A stretch of DNA of 64,000 nucleotides from Acidobacteriota bacterium (GTDB lineage Bacteria > Acidobacteriota > Vicinamibacteria > Marinacidobacterales > Marinacidobacteraceae), in NCBI GenBank assembly GCA_022828085.1, contig JAJEIY010000031.1, positions 13,648 to 77,647 on the forward strand, written 5' to 3'. Shown here in pieces: positions 29,518-38,947 of the stretch. Position numbers and translations under genes: made by a program. Within the stretch, counting starts at the first letter, position 1. Each line of letters starts with the position of its first letter. Below the pieces are notes generated by a model. It ran no database searches and was not told the origin of the DNA. It saw nothing but the letters and a program-made list of their open reading frames with translations.

Positions 29518-29823
29518 ATGAAAATAAGGACTCGAGAGTTGAAGACAACGGATCCGGAATCCGCCGATGCGTGCTGGCTGAACGCTCTGACCGAGCCGGT
29601 CCTGGAGGCGCTCACCCGTCTTCCCCGGTCGGTGGTTGCCGAGAGTCTCGGCGGCGTGAAGATCGCCGAGCGCTGCCATCACGGCGGTGTCCGCCGCGGG
29701 TCTCCGCATGCCCGGTTGCTGCGCGCGCTGTCGCGGCGCCCCACCCCGCGACGCCGCTGCCGGCAGGAAGGCCACCATCCCGGGGTCATCTGCTACGGAC
29801 CCCACGGATCCGGAGACGCATAG
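29518..29823 (+). CDS. Hypothetical 101-aa protein or decayed gene behind the third ArsR-type promoter
   Basis: ATG sits exactly at the predicted start site; no family motif recognised. Confidence 0.35.
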   Translation: MKIRTRELKTTDPESADACWLNALTEPVLEALTRLPRSVVAESLGGVKIAERCHHGGVRRGSPHARLLRALSRRPTPRRRCRQEGHHPGVICYGPHGSGDA

Positions 29824-29943
29824 GCCGGAAGTGACGCGCCGGAGCCGGACGGCGTCCGGCGACGCCGCGCCGGCGTCCCGCGCGGAGCGAACTGCCGCGG
29901 CGGGCCGCCTCCTCCGGGAACGGCGCCGAATAGAATCAAGGCC

Positions 29944-31071
29944 GTTCTGTTCCCTCGGCGAGCCCCAGCCCTGCTGCTCCTCGCTCTCGGGACCGTCATC
30001 CCGCTTTGCGGAAACGCCGGGGAACCCGAACGCCGGCAGGTCGTCCTTCCTTCCCCCGATCCCGGACTCGTTGCGGTTGCCGGCATCGAGGTGGGCCACC
30101 ACGAACTGGACGGCCTCCCCACCGGCTGCACCGTAGTCCTGGCCCGGGAGGGCGCGGTTGCCGGGGTTGACGTCCGGGGTTCCGCTCCCGGAACCCGCGA
30201 GACGGATCTGCTCGATCCCGAGAACACGGTGGAGCGCGTGCACGCCGTGGTCCTGTCCGGGGGCAGCGCGTTCGGCCTCGCGTCCGCCGACGGAACGGTG
30301 CGGTTCCTGGAAGAGGCCGGGATCGGCTATCCGGTGGGGCCCTTCCGGGTGCCGATCGTCCCGGCCGCGATCCTGTTCGATCTCGGAGTGCAGGGTCCGG
30401 GGGCCGTCCGTCCGGGCGCCGACTGCGGCTACCGGGCCGCCGCCGCCGCGAGCCGGGACCCGGTGCGGCGCGGCAACGCGGGCGCCGGCGCCGGAGCCAC
30501 CGTGGGGAAAAGCCGCGGTCTCGCCCGAGCGATGAAGGGCGGGGTCGGCTCGGCCTCGCTGCGCTTTCCGGACGGCCTCGTGGTGGCGGCGCTCATCGCG
30601 GTGAACGCGGTGGGCGACGTGGTGGACCCCGCGGACGGGACGGTGGTCGCCGGGGTTCGTAACGACGCGGGGAACCTCGCGGACGCCCGCCGGCTGCTGC
30701 TCGAGCCGCTGTCCGGTCCGCCCGCCGGCCCGGACGCGGAACGCGCCGGCCCCCTCGCCGGCGCCAACACCACGATCGGCGTGGTGGCGGTGAACGCTCC
30801 GCTCAGCAAGGCGGAAGCGAACAAGGTGGCCGAGATGGCGCACGACGGGCTGGCGCGAACCATCTACCCCGTGCACACGCCCGCTGACGGAGACACCCTG
30901 TTCGCGCTCTCCACCGGGCGGGGGCCGGAGACGCGCCTCAGCCGGGTCGGGGCACTCGCCGCCGAGGTGGTGGCGCGGGCGGTTCTGGACGCCGTCCGCT
31001 CGGCGGAGTCGCTTCCCGGACTGCCGGGCGCGGGGGATCTCCCGGCGCCTCCGGACCTCCAGGGCCGCTGA
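29944..31071 (+). CDS. Peptidase S58/P1 family (DmpA-like L-aminopeptidase/D-esterase); start uncertain (29944 non-canonical, or 30091)
   Basis: TGCTV, VDVRGSAPGTRET, LSGGSAFGL, NTTIG, AHDGLAR, HTPADGD. Confidence 0.88.
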   Translation, partial: VLFPRRAPALLLLALGTVIPLCGNAGEPERRQVVLPSPDPGLVAVAGIEVGHHELDGLPTGCTVVLAREGAVAGVDVRGSAPGTRETDLLDPENTVERVHAVVLSGGSAFGLASADGTVRFLEEAGIGYPVGPFRVPIVPAAILFDLGVQGPGAVRPGADCGYRAAAAASRDPVRRGNAGAGAGATVGKSRGLARAMKGGVGSASLRFPDGLVVAALIAVNAVGDVVDPADGTVVAGVRNDAGNLADARRLLLEPLSGPPAGPDAERAGPLAGANTTIGVVAVNAPLSKAEANKVAEMAHDGLARTIYPVHTPADGDTLFALSTGRGPETRLSRVGALAAEVVARAVLDAVRSAESLPGLPGAGDLPAPPDLQGR

Positions 31072-31077
31072 CCGCGC

Positions 31078-32439
31078 GTGTCCCCGCATCTCGCCGTCCT
31101 CGCCGCGTACTCGGCCCTGCTGATCGCCGTCGGCTGGGTTGTCTCCCGAAAGGCGCGCTCCGCCGAGGGGTTCTTCGTGGCGGGCCGCCGTCTCCCCGCC
31201 CGGCTGGTCTTCGCGACGGTGCTGGCCGCGAACATCGGGGCCGGCTCCACCATCGGTGCGGCGGCGCTCGGCTACGAGCACGGGCTGGCCGCCTTCTGGT
31301 GGGTGGGGGCGGCGGGCCTCGGCACCCTGCTGCTCGCCTGCTGGCTGGGTCCGCGGATGTGGCGGGCGGCGTCCGCAGCCCGCCTGCGGACGGTGGGCGA
31401 TTTCCTCGAGCTGCGCTACGGCGCGGGGGTGCGGGTCGCCCTCACCGGCCTCCTGCTGGTGGCCACCCTCTTCGTGCTCGCCGCCCAGTTGCTCGCCGCC
31501 GGGGTGCTCATCGAGGGAGCGGCGGGGATTCCGCTGCCGCTCGCGATCCTCGCTGCCGCGGTGGTGATGACCGCGTACTTCGCGGTCGGCGGTCTCCAGA
31601 GCGCGGCCTCGGTCAACTTCGTGCAGCTCGGCGTGCTGCTCGCCGGCCTCGGACTCGCGGTCCCCTACGCGTTTGCCGCCGCCGGGGGAGGTGCGGGAAT
31701 CCAGGGAAGTCTCGGGGAGGACGCACTGGACGTCTTCGGCAGCGCCTCGCTCGCGTTCGGCTACACCGCGCTGCTGATCCCGGCCTTTCTCGTTTCGCCG
31801 GGGATCCTGCAGAAGCTGTTCGGAGCCCGGGACGAGAGCGCCGTCCGGCGCGGTCTGACCGCCGCCGGAATCGCGCTGCTCGCCTTCGCGGCGGTTCCGC
31901 CGCTTCTCGGAGCGGCGGCCGCGGTCCTCCATCCCGGACTCCCCAACCCCGACGCCGCCCTCCCGGCGCTGCTGATCGACTCGCTTCCCCTGTGGCTCGG
32001 GTGCCTCGGGGTCGCGGCCCTGTTCTCGGCCGAGGTGTCGAGCGCCGACGCGGTGCTGTTCATGCTCTCGACCTCGCTGTCACGCGATGTCTTCCATCGT
32101 TTCCTGCGGCCCGACGCCGATGACCGCACGGTCCTGCGGGTGGCGCGCGGCGCCGCGGTGGTCTCCGGACTCGCGGGCGTCGTCATCGCGATCCTCGCCC
32201 AGAGCGTGATCGCTTCGCTGACCGTCTTCTACTCGGTCCTGGGGGTTTCGCTCTTCGTGCCGGTGGTCGTCGGCCTCCATCGCTGGCGGCCTCCGGCGCG
32301 GGCCATCCTGAGCGGCGCCGGCGTCGGGGTGCTCGTGTTTCTGCTGGCGCCGGAGGACGGAGTCCTGCCGGCGCCCCTGCTGGGGATCGCGGCGTCGGCC
32401 GTGGTGGTGTTCCTCCACCTGCGGACTGCCAGACGCTGA
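31078..32439 (+). CDS. Sodium:solute symporter family protein
   Basis: FFVAGRRL, NIGAGSTIG, YF.VGGL, SAEVSSAD; multiple TM helices. Confidence 0.88.
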   Translation: MSPHLAVLAAYSALLIAVGWVVSRKARSAEGFFVAGRRLPARLVFATVLAANIGAGSTIGAAALGYEHGLAAFWWVGAAGLGTLLLACWLGPRMWRAASAARLRTVGDFLELRYGAGVRVALTGLLLVATLFVLAAQLLAAGVLIEGAAGIPLPLAILAAAVVMTAYFAVGGLQSAASVNFVQLGVLLAGLGLAVPYAFAAAGGGAGIQGSLGEDALDVFGSASLAFGYTALLIPAFLVSPGILQKLFGARDESAVRRGLTAAGIALLAFAAVPPLLGAAAAVLHPGLPNPDAALPALLIDSLPLWLGCLGVAALFSAEVSSADAVLFMLSTSLSRDVFHRFLRPDADDRTVLRVARGAAVVSGLAGVVIAILAQSVIASLTVFYSVLGVSLFVPVVVGLHRWRPPARAILSGAGVGVLVFLLAPEDGVLPAPLLGIAASAVVVFLHLRTARR

Positions 32440-32453
32440 CCGGAGCCGCAGCG

Positions 32454-33599
32454 TTGGTTTCCGAGGGCCCCGGCCGGGCACCGAGATCCGCCGACGTGAC
32501 GGTCGTCGGGGCCGGACTCGCCGGACTGCAGTGCGCCCGGTTGGTCGCCGAGGCCGGGCTCGACGTGGTGCTGGCGGATCGGAAGGAGGACGTCGGGGAG
32601 CGGGTGCACACGACCGGGATCTTCGTCCGCAAGTCCCTCGAGGACTTCGCGCTGCCCCCGTCCTGCCTGGGTCCGCCGGTCCGCCGGGCGGTGCTCTATT
32701 CGCCGGCGCGGCGCGCACTGCCGCTGGCGAGCCGCCACGACGAGTTCCGGGTGGGCCGGATGGCGGCGCTCTACCGTGAAATGCTCGGCCGCTGCCTCGA
32801 GTCGGGGGTCCGCTTCGTCTCCGGCGCCCGCTATCGCGGCTCCCGCCGGACGGGAGGGGTGATCGTGGCCGAGTTGGAACGCGAAGGACGGACCCTGAGC
32901 TGGGAGACCGGTCTCCTGGTGGGCGCCGACGGCGCGAATTCCCAGGTCGCCCGCGACCTGGGCCTCGATTCCAACACCGAATGGCTCGTGGGTCTGGAGT
33001 CGGTGCACAGCGGGGTGCCGCTCGCGGAGGGGGCGGCGCTCCACTGCTTCCTGGACCCCCGCATCGCGCCCGGATACCTCGCCTGGGTGGTTCAGGACGG
33101 CGAGGAGACGCACGTGGGGGTGGGCGGCTATCCCGACCGCTTCCATCCCCAGACCGCGCTCGCGGCATTCACCGCCAGTCTCGACGGGCATTTCGCGCTC
33201 GATGAGGGCCGGTTCCTCGAACAGCGCGGCGGCCGGATCCCCGTGAACGGCGTGCTGCGGCGGATCGGTACGGACATGGGGTTGCTCGTCGGCGATGCCG
33301 CGGGTGCGGTCTCGCCGCTCACCGCGGGTGGTTTCGATGCTTGCCTGCGGCTCTCCCGGCAAGCCGCCGACGTCATCGTGCGGCGCTTCGAGACCGGCGA
33401 CCCCGGGGTGCTCGCGACGTATTCCGGTGCGAACCTCCGGGCCCGGTTCTGGTCCCGCCGCTGGATGCGGGCGCTCCTGGCCGGGGTCCGGAGCCGGGCG
33501 GCGATGGAAGCGATCTTCTGGCTGCTCCGGTGTCCGCCGTTCCGCAACCTGGCGTGGCAGGTCTTCTTCCGGCGGCGTTCCTTCCCGGACCTGGAGTGA
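32454..33599 (+). CDS. FAD-dependent oxidoreductase (geranylgeranyl reductase-like)
   Basis: VVGAGLAG, VGADGANS, PGYLAW, VGDAAGAVSPLTAGG. Confidence 0.85.
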   Translation: MVSEGPGRAPRSADVTVVGAGLAGLQCARLVAEAGLDVVLADRKEDVGERVHTTGIFVRKSLEDFALPPSCLGPPVRRAVLYSPARRALPLASRHDEFRVGRMAALYREMLGRCLESGVRFVSGARYRGSRRTGGVIVAELEREGRTLSWETGLLVGADGANSQVARDLGLDSNTEWLVGLESVHSGVPLAEGAALHCFLDPRIAPGYLAWVVQDGEETHVGVGGYPDRFHPQTALAAFTASLDGHFALDEGRFLEQRGGRIPVNGVLRRIGTDMGLLVGDAAGAVSPLTAGGFDACLRLSRQAADVIVRRFETGDPGVLATYSGANLRARFWSRRWMRALLAGVRSRAAMEAIFWLLRCPPFRNLAWQVFFRRRSFPDLE

Positions 33600-33610
33600 C
33601 GTTACCGGCA

Positions 33611-33676
33611 GGGGCCGCCGGTCTCCAGGCCGGCACGCGCGGCGCTGGGTGCCGCGCACGTCGCGACGCCACCCAC
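33611..33676 (+). repeat. REP-like unit, second subfamily
   Basis: GCCGGTCTCCAGGCCGGC-A-CGCGCGGC..GCCGCGC-ACG...CCACCCA; inverted homologue at 35368-35429. Confidence 0.65.
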
Positions 33677-33743
33677 CCTCAAGATGCATCCGGCCTGGAA
33701 TCCATGCTCCGCTCCCCCCGTTCGGCACGGGCGCCCGCGGTGT

Positions 33744-34148
33744 CTACTGCCAGTCTTCGACCGTGAGGCCCGGGACACGGCGGAATTCCCGGACGTTGCC
33801 CGTTATCAGCGTCGCGGCAAGCGCCCGCGCGTGGGCTGCGATCAACAGGTCGTTGCGCCCGATCGGCTGGCCGGCCCTCTCCATTGCGCTCCGGATTTCG
33901 CCGTAGAGCCGGTCGGCCGGTTCCGCGAGTGGGCGCACATCCACGGCCTCCAGGACCGCCTCGACCTGCTCGCTCAGGCGCGCGGAACCGCGTCGCGCGG
34001 CGCCGTAGCGCAACTCGGCGGCGACGATGACGCTGATCGCGTAGCTGGCTCCGGCAAGCGCTGCGACGCGCGCCGCCAGCGGGCCGTCGGGACGCCGGAT
34101 CAAGGTCGAGACGACATTGGTGTCCAGCATGTACCGCAGCGGGGCCAC
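33744..34148 (-). CDS. vapC: VapC PIN-domain toxin
   Basis: YMLDTNV, AELRYG, NDLLIAAHA, TGNVREF.RVPGL.VEDW. Confidence 0.93.
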   Translation of the reverse strand: MAPLRYMLDTNVVSTLIRRPDGPLAARVAALAGASYAISVIVAAELRYGAARRGSARLSEQVEAVLEAVDVRPLAEPADRLYGEIRSAMERAGQPIGRNDLLIAAHARALAATLITGNVREFRRVPGLTVEDWQ

Positions 34149-34149
34149 G

Positions 34150-34413
34150 TCAGAAGATCTCTTCCGGCTCCACCGGAGGATCGTCGATCACCGGAAACTC
34201 TTCCTCCAGCGGCGAGAGCCGTGCCAGCACCTCTGCCAGTGACGGAGTTCGATCGATGGGCTCAAGGATCAAACGGTTCTCATCCCGATAGACGACGACC
34301 TCTTCCGCCGCCAGTTCGAATTCGCGAGGTATGCGGACCGCCTGATTCCGACCGTTCCGAAACAGACGGGCCTGGCGGGCGTGCTGCGTGAGAGCGGAGA
34401 CGTTCTCCGACAT
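34150..34413 (-). CDS. vapB: VapB (AbrB/VagC-type) antitoxin
   Basis: ARLFRNGRNQAVRIPREFEL; immediately upstream of vapC. Confidence 0.92.
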   Translation of the reverse strand: MSENVSALTQHARQARLFRNGRNQAVRIPREFELAAEEVVVYRDENRLILEPIDRTPSLAEVLARLSPLEEEFPVIDDPPVEPEEIF

Positions 34414-34448
34414 ATGCTGAGCATATGCCGCGGTGCGCTAGCCGTCAA
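34411..34448 (-). promoter_or_regulatory. vapBC leaderless promoter and operator
   Basis: TTGACG-N17-TATGCT-N6-ATG; perfect palindrome CATATGCT-G-AGCATATG at 34411-34427 covering the -10 and ATG. Confidence 0.8.
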
Positions 34449-34486
34449 TTCCGCGAAGCGCCGCCCCGGGCCATAATCCGCGCGCC

Positions 34487-35275
34487 GTGACCATCGCCTC
34501 CCCCTTCTCGCTCGCCGGGATGGACGTCGTGGTGATCGGCGGCGCCTCCGGGATCGGCGAAGCGAGCGCGCGGCTGGCCGCCCGCTCCGGCGCCCGGGTG
34601 GTGGTGGCCGACCGGGACGAAGCCGCCGCCGGCCGGGTCGTCGCCGCCATCGCTCGGGAGGGTGGAACCGCCGTCGCCCGTGAGGTGGACATCCGCTCCG
34701 GGCAATCGGTCGGGAATCTGTTTCCCGGACTTGAGTCGGAGGGGTTCCAGCCGCGCGGACTGGTCTCCACCCCGGGCGTGAACGTGAGGAAGCGCCTCGC
34801 CGATACGAACGAGGAAGAGTTCGAGCGGGTCGTCTCATTGAACCTGAAGGGGACCTTCCACGCGCTGCGCCACGGGGCGGCCAGCCTCGCGCGTTCCGGC
34901 GGCGGCAGCATCGTGCTGCTCTCCTCGATCCGCTCCCAGGTGGTCGAGGCGGGGCAGGGGGTCTACGCGGCGACCAAGGCGGGCATCGTCCAGCTCGCCC
35001 GCACCGCGGCGGCGGAGTGGGCCGCCTCCGGGGTCCGGGTGAACGCCCTCGCCCCGGGAGTGGTCGAGACGCCGCTCACGGCCCAGATCGAGAAGCGGCC
35101 CGACTGGAAGCAGGCGTACACCGACAAGACCCTGCTCGGACGCTGGGCGTCGGCGGAAGAGATGGCCGCGCCGACGGTGTTCCTGTTGTCCCCGGCGGCG
35201 AGCTACGTCACCGGCTCGGTGCTCTTCGCGGACGGCGGCTGGACGGCGGTGGACGGCCGGTTCGATCCGCTCTGA
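34487..35275 (+). CDS. Short-chain dehydrogenase/reductase
   Basis: IGGASGIG, YAATK, RVNALAPG, YVTGSVLFADGG. Confidence 0.92.
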   Translation: MTIASPFSLAGMDVVVIGGASGIGEASARLAARSGARVVVADRDEAAAGRVVAAIAREGGTAVAREVDIRSGQSVGNLFPGLESEGFQPRGLVSTPGVNVRKRLADTNEEEFERVVSLNLKGTFHALRHGAASLARSGGGSIVLLSSIRSQVVEAGQGVYAATKAGIVQLARTAAAEWAASGVRVNALAPGVVETPLTAQIEKRPDWKQAYTDKTLLGRWASAEEMAAPTVFLLSPAASYVTGSVLFADGGWTAVDGRFDPL

Positions 35276-35367
35276 GCGGGCGGGCAGGTGGCTGTTCCGG
35301 AGCCGGCGGGTCCGAGGCTGGGGCGATAGCGGGGCCGGCGGGTTCCGGCCGGGGCGCCCTCCGGGAA

Positions 35368-35429
35368 TGGGTGGGTTGCGCCGTGCGCGGCATGGAGTGC
35401 CGCGCGTGCCGGCCGGAGGTCGGCGTTCC
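35368..35429 (-). repeat. REP-like unit, second subfamily
   Basis: Reverse complement GGAAC-GCCGACCTCCGGCCGGC-A-CGCGCGGCA..TGCCGCGC-ACG...CCACCCA. Confidence 0.65.
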
Positions 35430-35440
35430 AGGCCGTCGCG

Positions 35441-38400
35441 CTACACGTAGAGCAGGACGCCCCTGGCGGGTTGACCGGTGGCGCGCTCCACCGCCCGGGC
35501 GTAGAGAGCGACCTGCCGGCGGTAGCGGGCCTCGGTGGCCTGGAACCCGGGGTCCTCGGGCGGCCGGGAATCCGTCTTGAAGTCGAGGACGGTCCAGGCG
35601 CCCCCGGCGTGCGGCTGGAAGACCAGGTCGGCGACTCCCTCCACCAGGGTCGGGCCCGAACCGGCGGGAAGGGAGGTGTCCCCGGGGTCTGCGAACGACT
35701 CTCCTGCCAGCGCCGATCCGGGTTCGAATCCGTCACCCGGGGACGCACTTCCGCCGGCATCCTCCGCGGCCGGTTCCAGGTGGAGGAGCGGCAACTCCCG
35801 ATAACAATTCCCGTGTTCCGCCGCCCGCCGCGCCTCGGCCAGCAGCGGGTGGCCGAGCGCGGAAGTCACCGCTTTCGCCGCGGCCCGGCCGAGTTCTTCC
35901 TCGAGCTCCAGTTCCCGGGCGGCGCGGGCGGCCTCCGCTTCGATCCCGGCCTCGTCGGCGTCGAAAGGAATCCGCTCGAGGACCCGGTGGACCAGCTCTC
36001 CGAACGCGACCCCGGCAGGACGCCCGGAATCCCGCGGCGGCCCTTCCACCCCCAGTCTCTCGACGTCCACCTCCCGGAGATCGCCGGCGGCTTCCAGCGC
36101 GGCGAACGCGGTGGCCGGGATTGCCCGGCGGGTCGGGACCTGCCCGGCGTCGATGGCCTGCTGCCGCCGGGCGAGGAAGGCGGCTTCGGCTGCCTTGCCG
36201 CCGCCGGAGGCGTCGCCCTCGGCATCCGTCCGGAGCAGGTCCCATAGCGGGCCGGTTCCCCGCCGGCCGTCCGCTCCGTTCGCGGGGCCCGATCCCCCCG
36301 TCCGGGGTGCGATGGCGCCATGTCCGAGCAACGGCTTGAGCCCCGCCGCTACCGGGGCGAGCAGGCTTTCCTCCGGGAAATCTCCCTCGGATACCGGCGC
36401 CGCCAGCAGATCCCGGGCGCGGGTCATCGCGACGTAGAGCAGCCGGTCCAGTTCGGCGAGGTCCTCCGCCTCCTCGGCCGGCGTTCCCTCGAGCAGGTCC
36501 CAGGGAACGATGCCGGCGCCCAGATCGCACGCGTAGAGCCGCTCCGCCGCGTTCACGATGCGGCTCGCCCGTCCGTGGCGCTGCACGGCCCCGTCGCAGA
36601 GCGCCACCACCGGGAACTCGAGGCCCTTGGCGGTATGGGTGGTCATGATCCGCACCCCGCGTACGTCCTCGTCGATGGCGTGGGCCGATCCCGCATCCGG
36701 ATTCTCCGCTTCCGACGCGAGTTGCTCCACGAACCCGCGGAAGGAGAGTCCTCCGCGCGCCTCGAAGGCGCGGGCCGCCTCGGCAAGCCGGCGGAGGTTC
36801 GAGAGCACCTGATCCGGTGAGTTCCAGAAGGCGAAACCGGTCTCCGCGCGGTGCCTTCCCAGGAGCTGCTGGAGCGTCACCGCGATCGGCTGGTGGGTAC
36901 GGCGCCGGTGCAGGTCGTAGAGGAACGCCAGCCCGTCCCGGATCGTCCGGTCCACCTGTCCCGCGTCGTTGCCGTCATCCAGCTCCAGGAGCCGGGCCCG
37001 GGCGGGCCGCAGACGAATCTCGGGATGGCGTTCCCGAAAGAGGAAGAGGTCCTGGTCCGGGATCGCGAACAGGGGGCCTCTGAGGGTGGCGTAAACGCTC
37101 AGCTCGTCCTCGGGGAACTCGACGGCGGTGAGGGCCGCCCGCAGGAACGACAGCTCGGCGCTGCCGATGTAGGTCTGCACCGCCGCCAGCGAGTGCGGGA
37201 TGCCGAGGTCCTGAAGGGCGTCGGCATAGGGCTGGGGTACGAGCCGCCGGTAGGAGCGGAAGCGGCGGAACAACAGGCAGATGTCGCTTGGCTCCACCGG
37301 ACGCGGCGCCCCGCCGTCGGGCGAGGAGACCTCGAAGCCGCTGTCGAGGAGCCCACCGACGAAGGCCGCGACCGCCTTTGGCTCCTGCTCCTCGAGGTGT
37401 TTGACGTAGGGCGCGTGCGCCAGCCGGATGGCCGCGAGCGCGGGTCCCGGCATCGGCTCCCGGGCGGCGTGGAGCGGCACGTAGTCCACCTGCCGGGCGA
37501 GACCTCCAAGTCCCGGGCCCGTCTCGAACTTCGGCCCGAGATTCCTGTTCACGAAGTCGCAGACGCCGGGCACCGAACGGAAGTTCGTGGTCAGCCGAAC
37601 CTCGGCGGCGCCGCTCGCGAGCAGCCGCTGCTTGACGCGCAGGTAGTGGCCCACGTCGGCCCGCCGGAACCGGTAGATGGACTGCTTCGGATCCCCGACC
37701 AGGCAGAGCCGGCCGGGACGCGGGACCGCCTCGCCCCAGTCGCCGTCCGGCGGTTCCCCGGCGGTGAGCAGCAGGACGATCTCCGTCTGCATCGGGTCGG
37801 TGTCCTGGTATTCGTCCACCACGAGGTGGCGGAATCGCCCGGCGAGTTCCCGGCGGACCTCCGCGTGGTCCCGCAGCAGGCTGCGCGTCCGCAGGAGCAG
37901 GTCGTCGAAGTCGAGCAGGCCCGCTTTCGCCTTCGCGTTCTCGTAGTCGTCCACCAGCCCGCGCAGGTCCTCCCGCAGGAGTGCCGCCAGGTCAGCGTTG
38001 CTCTTCTGCTGGAACGCGGCCAGCCGGGTCCGGAACCCGTCCCGCCATCTGCGCGTGTGGGGGAAGCCGGAAGGCGTGCGGCCGCCATACGCCGGGACCC
38101 TCAGCTCCGCGAGCGCCTGCTCGAGCCAGTCCAGGTCCCTTCCGGAGGCGGCTTCCCGCACCCGGATCTCGCGGGCGAGATCCGCGGCGGCGGCGAGGGA
38201 GCGGATCAGCCAGTTGGGTCTCGCCCCCGGCGGGTCCTTCGGGAGCGACCGGTAGAGCTCCTCGAGCATGAAGAGCGAAGGGACCGGTTCGCGCTCCTCG
38301 CCGCCGGGTCGTTCCACCAGCTCCAGGATCGCGGTCTCCGCATCCCAGGCGCGCCGCTTCCACGGTGCGTCGAGCGATCGGTAGTCCAGGAGCCGGAGGC

Positions 38401-38947
38401 CGGCCTGGTGGAGGACGTCGAGCGGACTCACCATCGGGTTCCGGCTGCGGCGCAGCAGGCGGGCGATTCCCGGTCCCGGCCCCTCGAGCTGCCGGTCCAC
38501 AAAACGGCGGAACACCCGGTCGAAGAAGGCCCGCTGCTCGGCGTCCGTCAGGATCTGGAAGTCGGGATCCACCCCCGCCTCGATCGGGCGCTCCCGCAGG
38601 ATGGTGGCGCAGAAGGCATGGATGGTCCCGATGGACGCCTCCTCGATCTGGGACAGCGCGGCTTCGAGCCGCGGTCCCGCGGCCGCTTCCTCCGGGCCTT
38701 CCGCCGCCTCCCCGATCCGGGACTCGAGGCCTTGCCGGATCCTGAGCCGCAGTTCGCCGGCGGCTTTCTCCGTGAAGGTGATCGCGGCGATCTGCCCGAT
38801 CCGGGCGGTGCCGGCGGCCACCATTTCGACCACCCTGCCGACGACCGACGTGGTCTTTCCGGTGCCGGCCGCCGCCTCCACGATCAGCGTGGTGTCATGG
38901 TCCCGGCGGATGCGCTCCCGGGCCGCGGCGTCCGGAAGCGCGTTCAC
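35441..38947 (-). CDS. addA: AddA-like UvrD helicase with C-terminal RecB-type nuclease
   Basis: EAAAGTGKT, TFTEKAA, VDEYQD, VGDPKQSIYRFR, KGLEFP, LYVAMTRARD, VLDFKT; GTG 38947 overlaps the addB stop. Confidence 0.9.
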   Translation of the reverse strand: MNALPDAAARERIRRDHDTTLIVEAAAGTGKTTSVVGRVVEMVAAGTARIGQIAAITFTEKAAGELRLRIRQGLESRIGEAAEGPEEAAAGPRLEAALSQIEEASIGTIHAFCATILRERPIEAGVDPDFQILTDAEQRAFFDRVFRRFVDRQLEGPGPGIARLLRRSRNPMVSPLDVLHQAGLRLLDYRSLDAPWKRRAWDAETAILELVERPGGEEREPVPSLFMLEELYRSLPKDPPGARPNWLIRSLAAAADLAREIRVREAASGRDLDWLEQALAELRVPAYGGRTPSGFPHTRRWRDGFRTRLAAFQQKSNADLAALLREDLRGLVDDYENAKAKAGLLDFDDLLLRTRSLLRDHAEVRRELAGRFRHLVVDEYQDTDPMQTEIVLLLTAGEPPDGDWGEAVPRPGRLCLVGDPKQSIYRFRRADVGHYLRVKQRLLASGAAEVRLTTNFRSVPGVCDFVNRNLGPKFETGPGLGGLARQVDYVPLHAAREPMPGPALAAIRLAHAPYVKHLEEQEPKAVAAFVGGLLDSGFEVSSPDGGAPRPVEPSDICLLFRRFRSYRRLVPQPYADALQDLGIPHSLAAVQTYIGSAELSFLRAALTAVEFPEDELSVYATLRGPLFAIPDQDLFLFRERHPEIRLRPARARLLELDDGNDAGQVDRTIRDGLAFLYDLHRRRTHQPIAVTLQQLLGRHRAETGFAFWNSPDQVLSNLRRLAEAARAFEARGGLSFRGFVEQLASEAENPDAGSAHAIDEDVRGVRIMTTHTAKGLEFPVVALCDGAVQRHGRASRIVNAAERLYACDLGAGIVPWDLLEGTPAEEAEDLAELDRLLYVAMTRARDLLAAPVSEGDFPEESLLAPVAAGLKPLLGHGAIAPRTGGSGPANGADGRRGTGPLWDLLRTDAEGDASGGGKAAEAAFLARRQQAIDAGQVPTRRAIPATAFAALEAAGDLREVDVERLGVEGPPRDSGRPAGVAFGELVHRVLERIPFDADEAGIEAEAARAARELELEEELGRAAAKAVTSALGHPLLAEARRAAEHGNCYRELPLLHLEPAAEDAGGSASPGDGFEPGSALAGESFADPGDTSLPAGSGPTLVEGVADLVFQPHAGGAWTVLDFKTDSRPPEDPGFQATEARYRRQVALYARAVERATGQPARGVLLYV

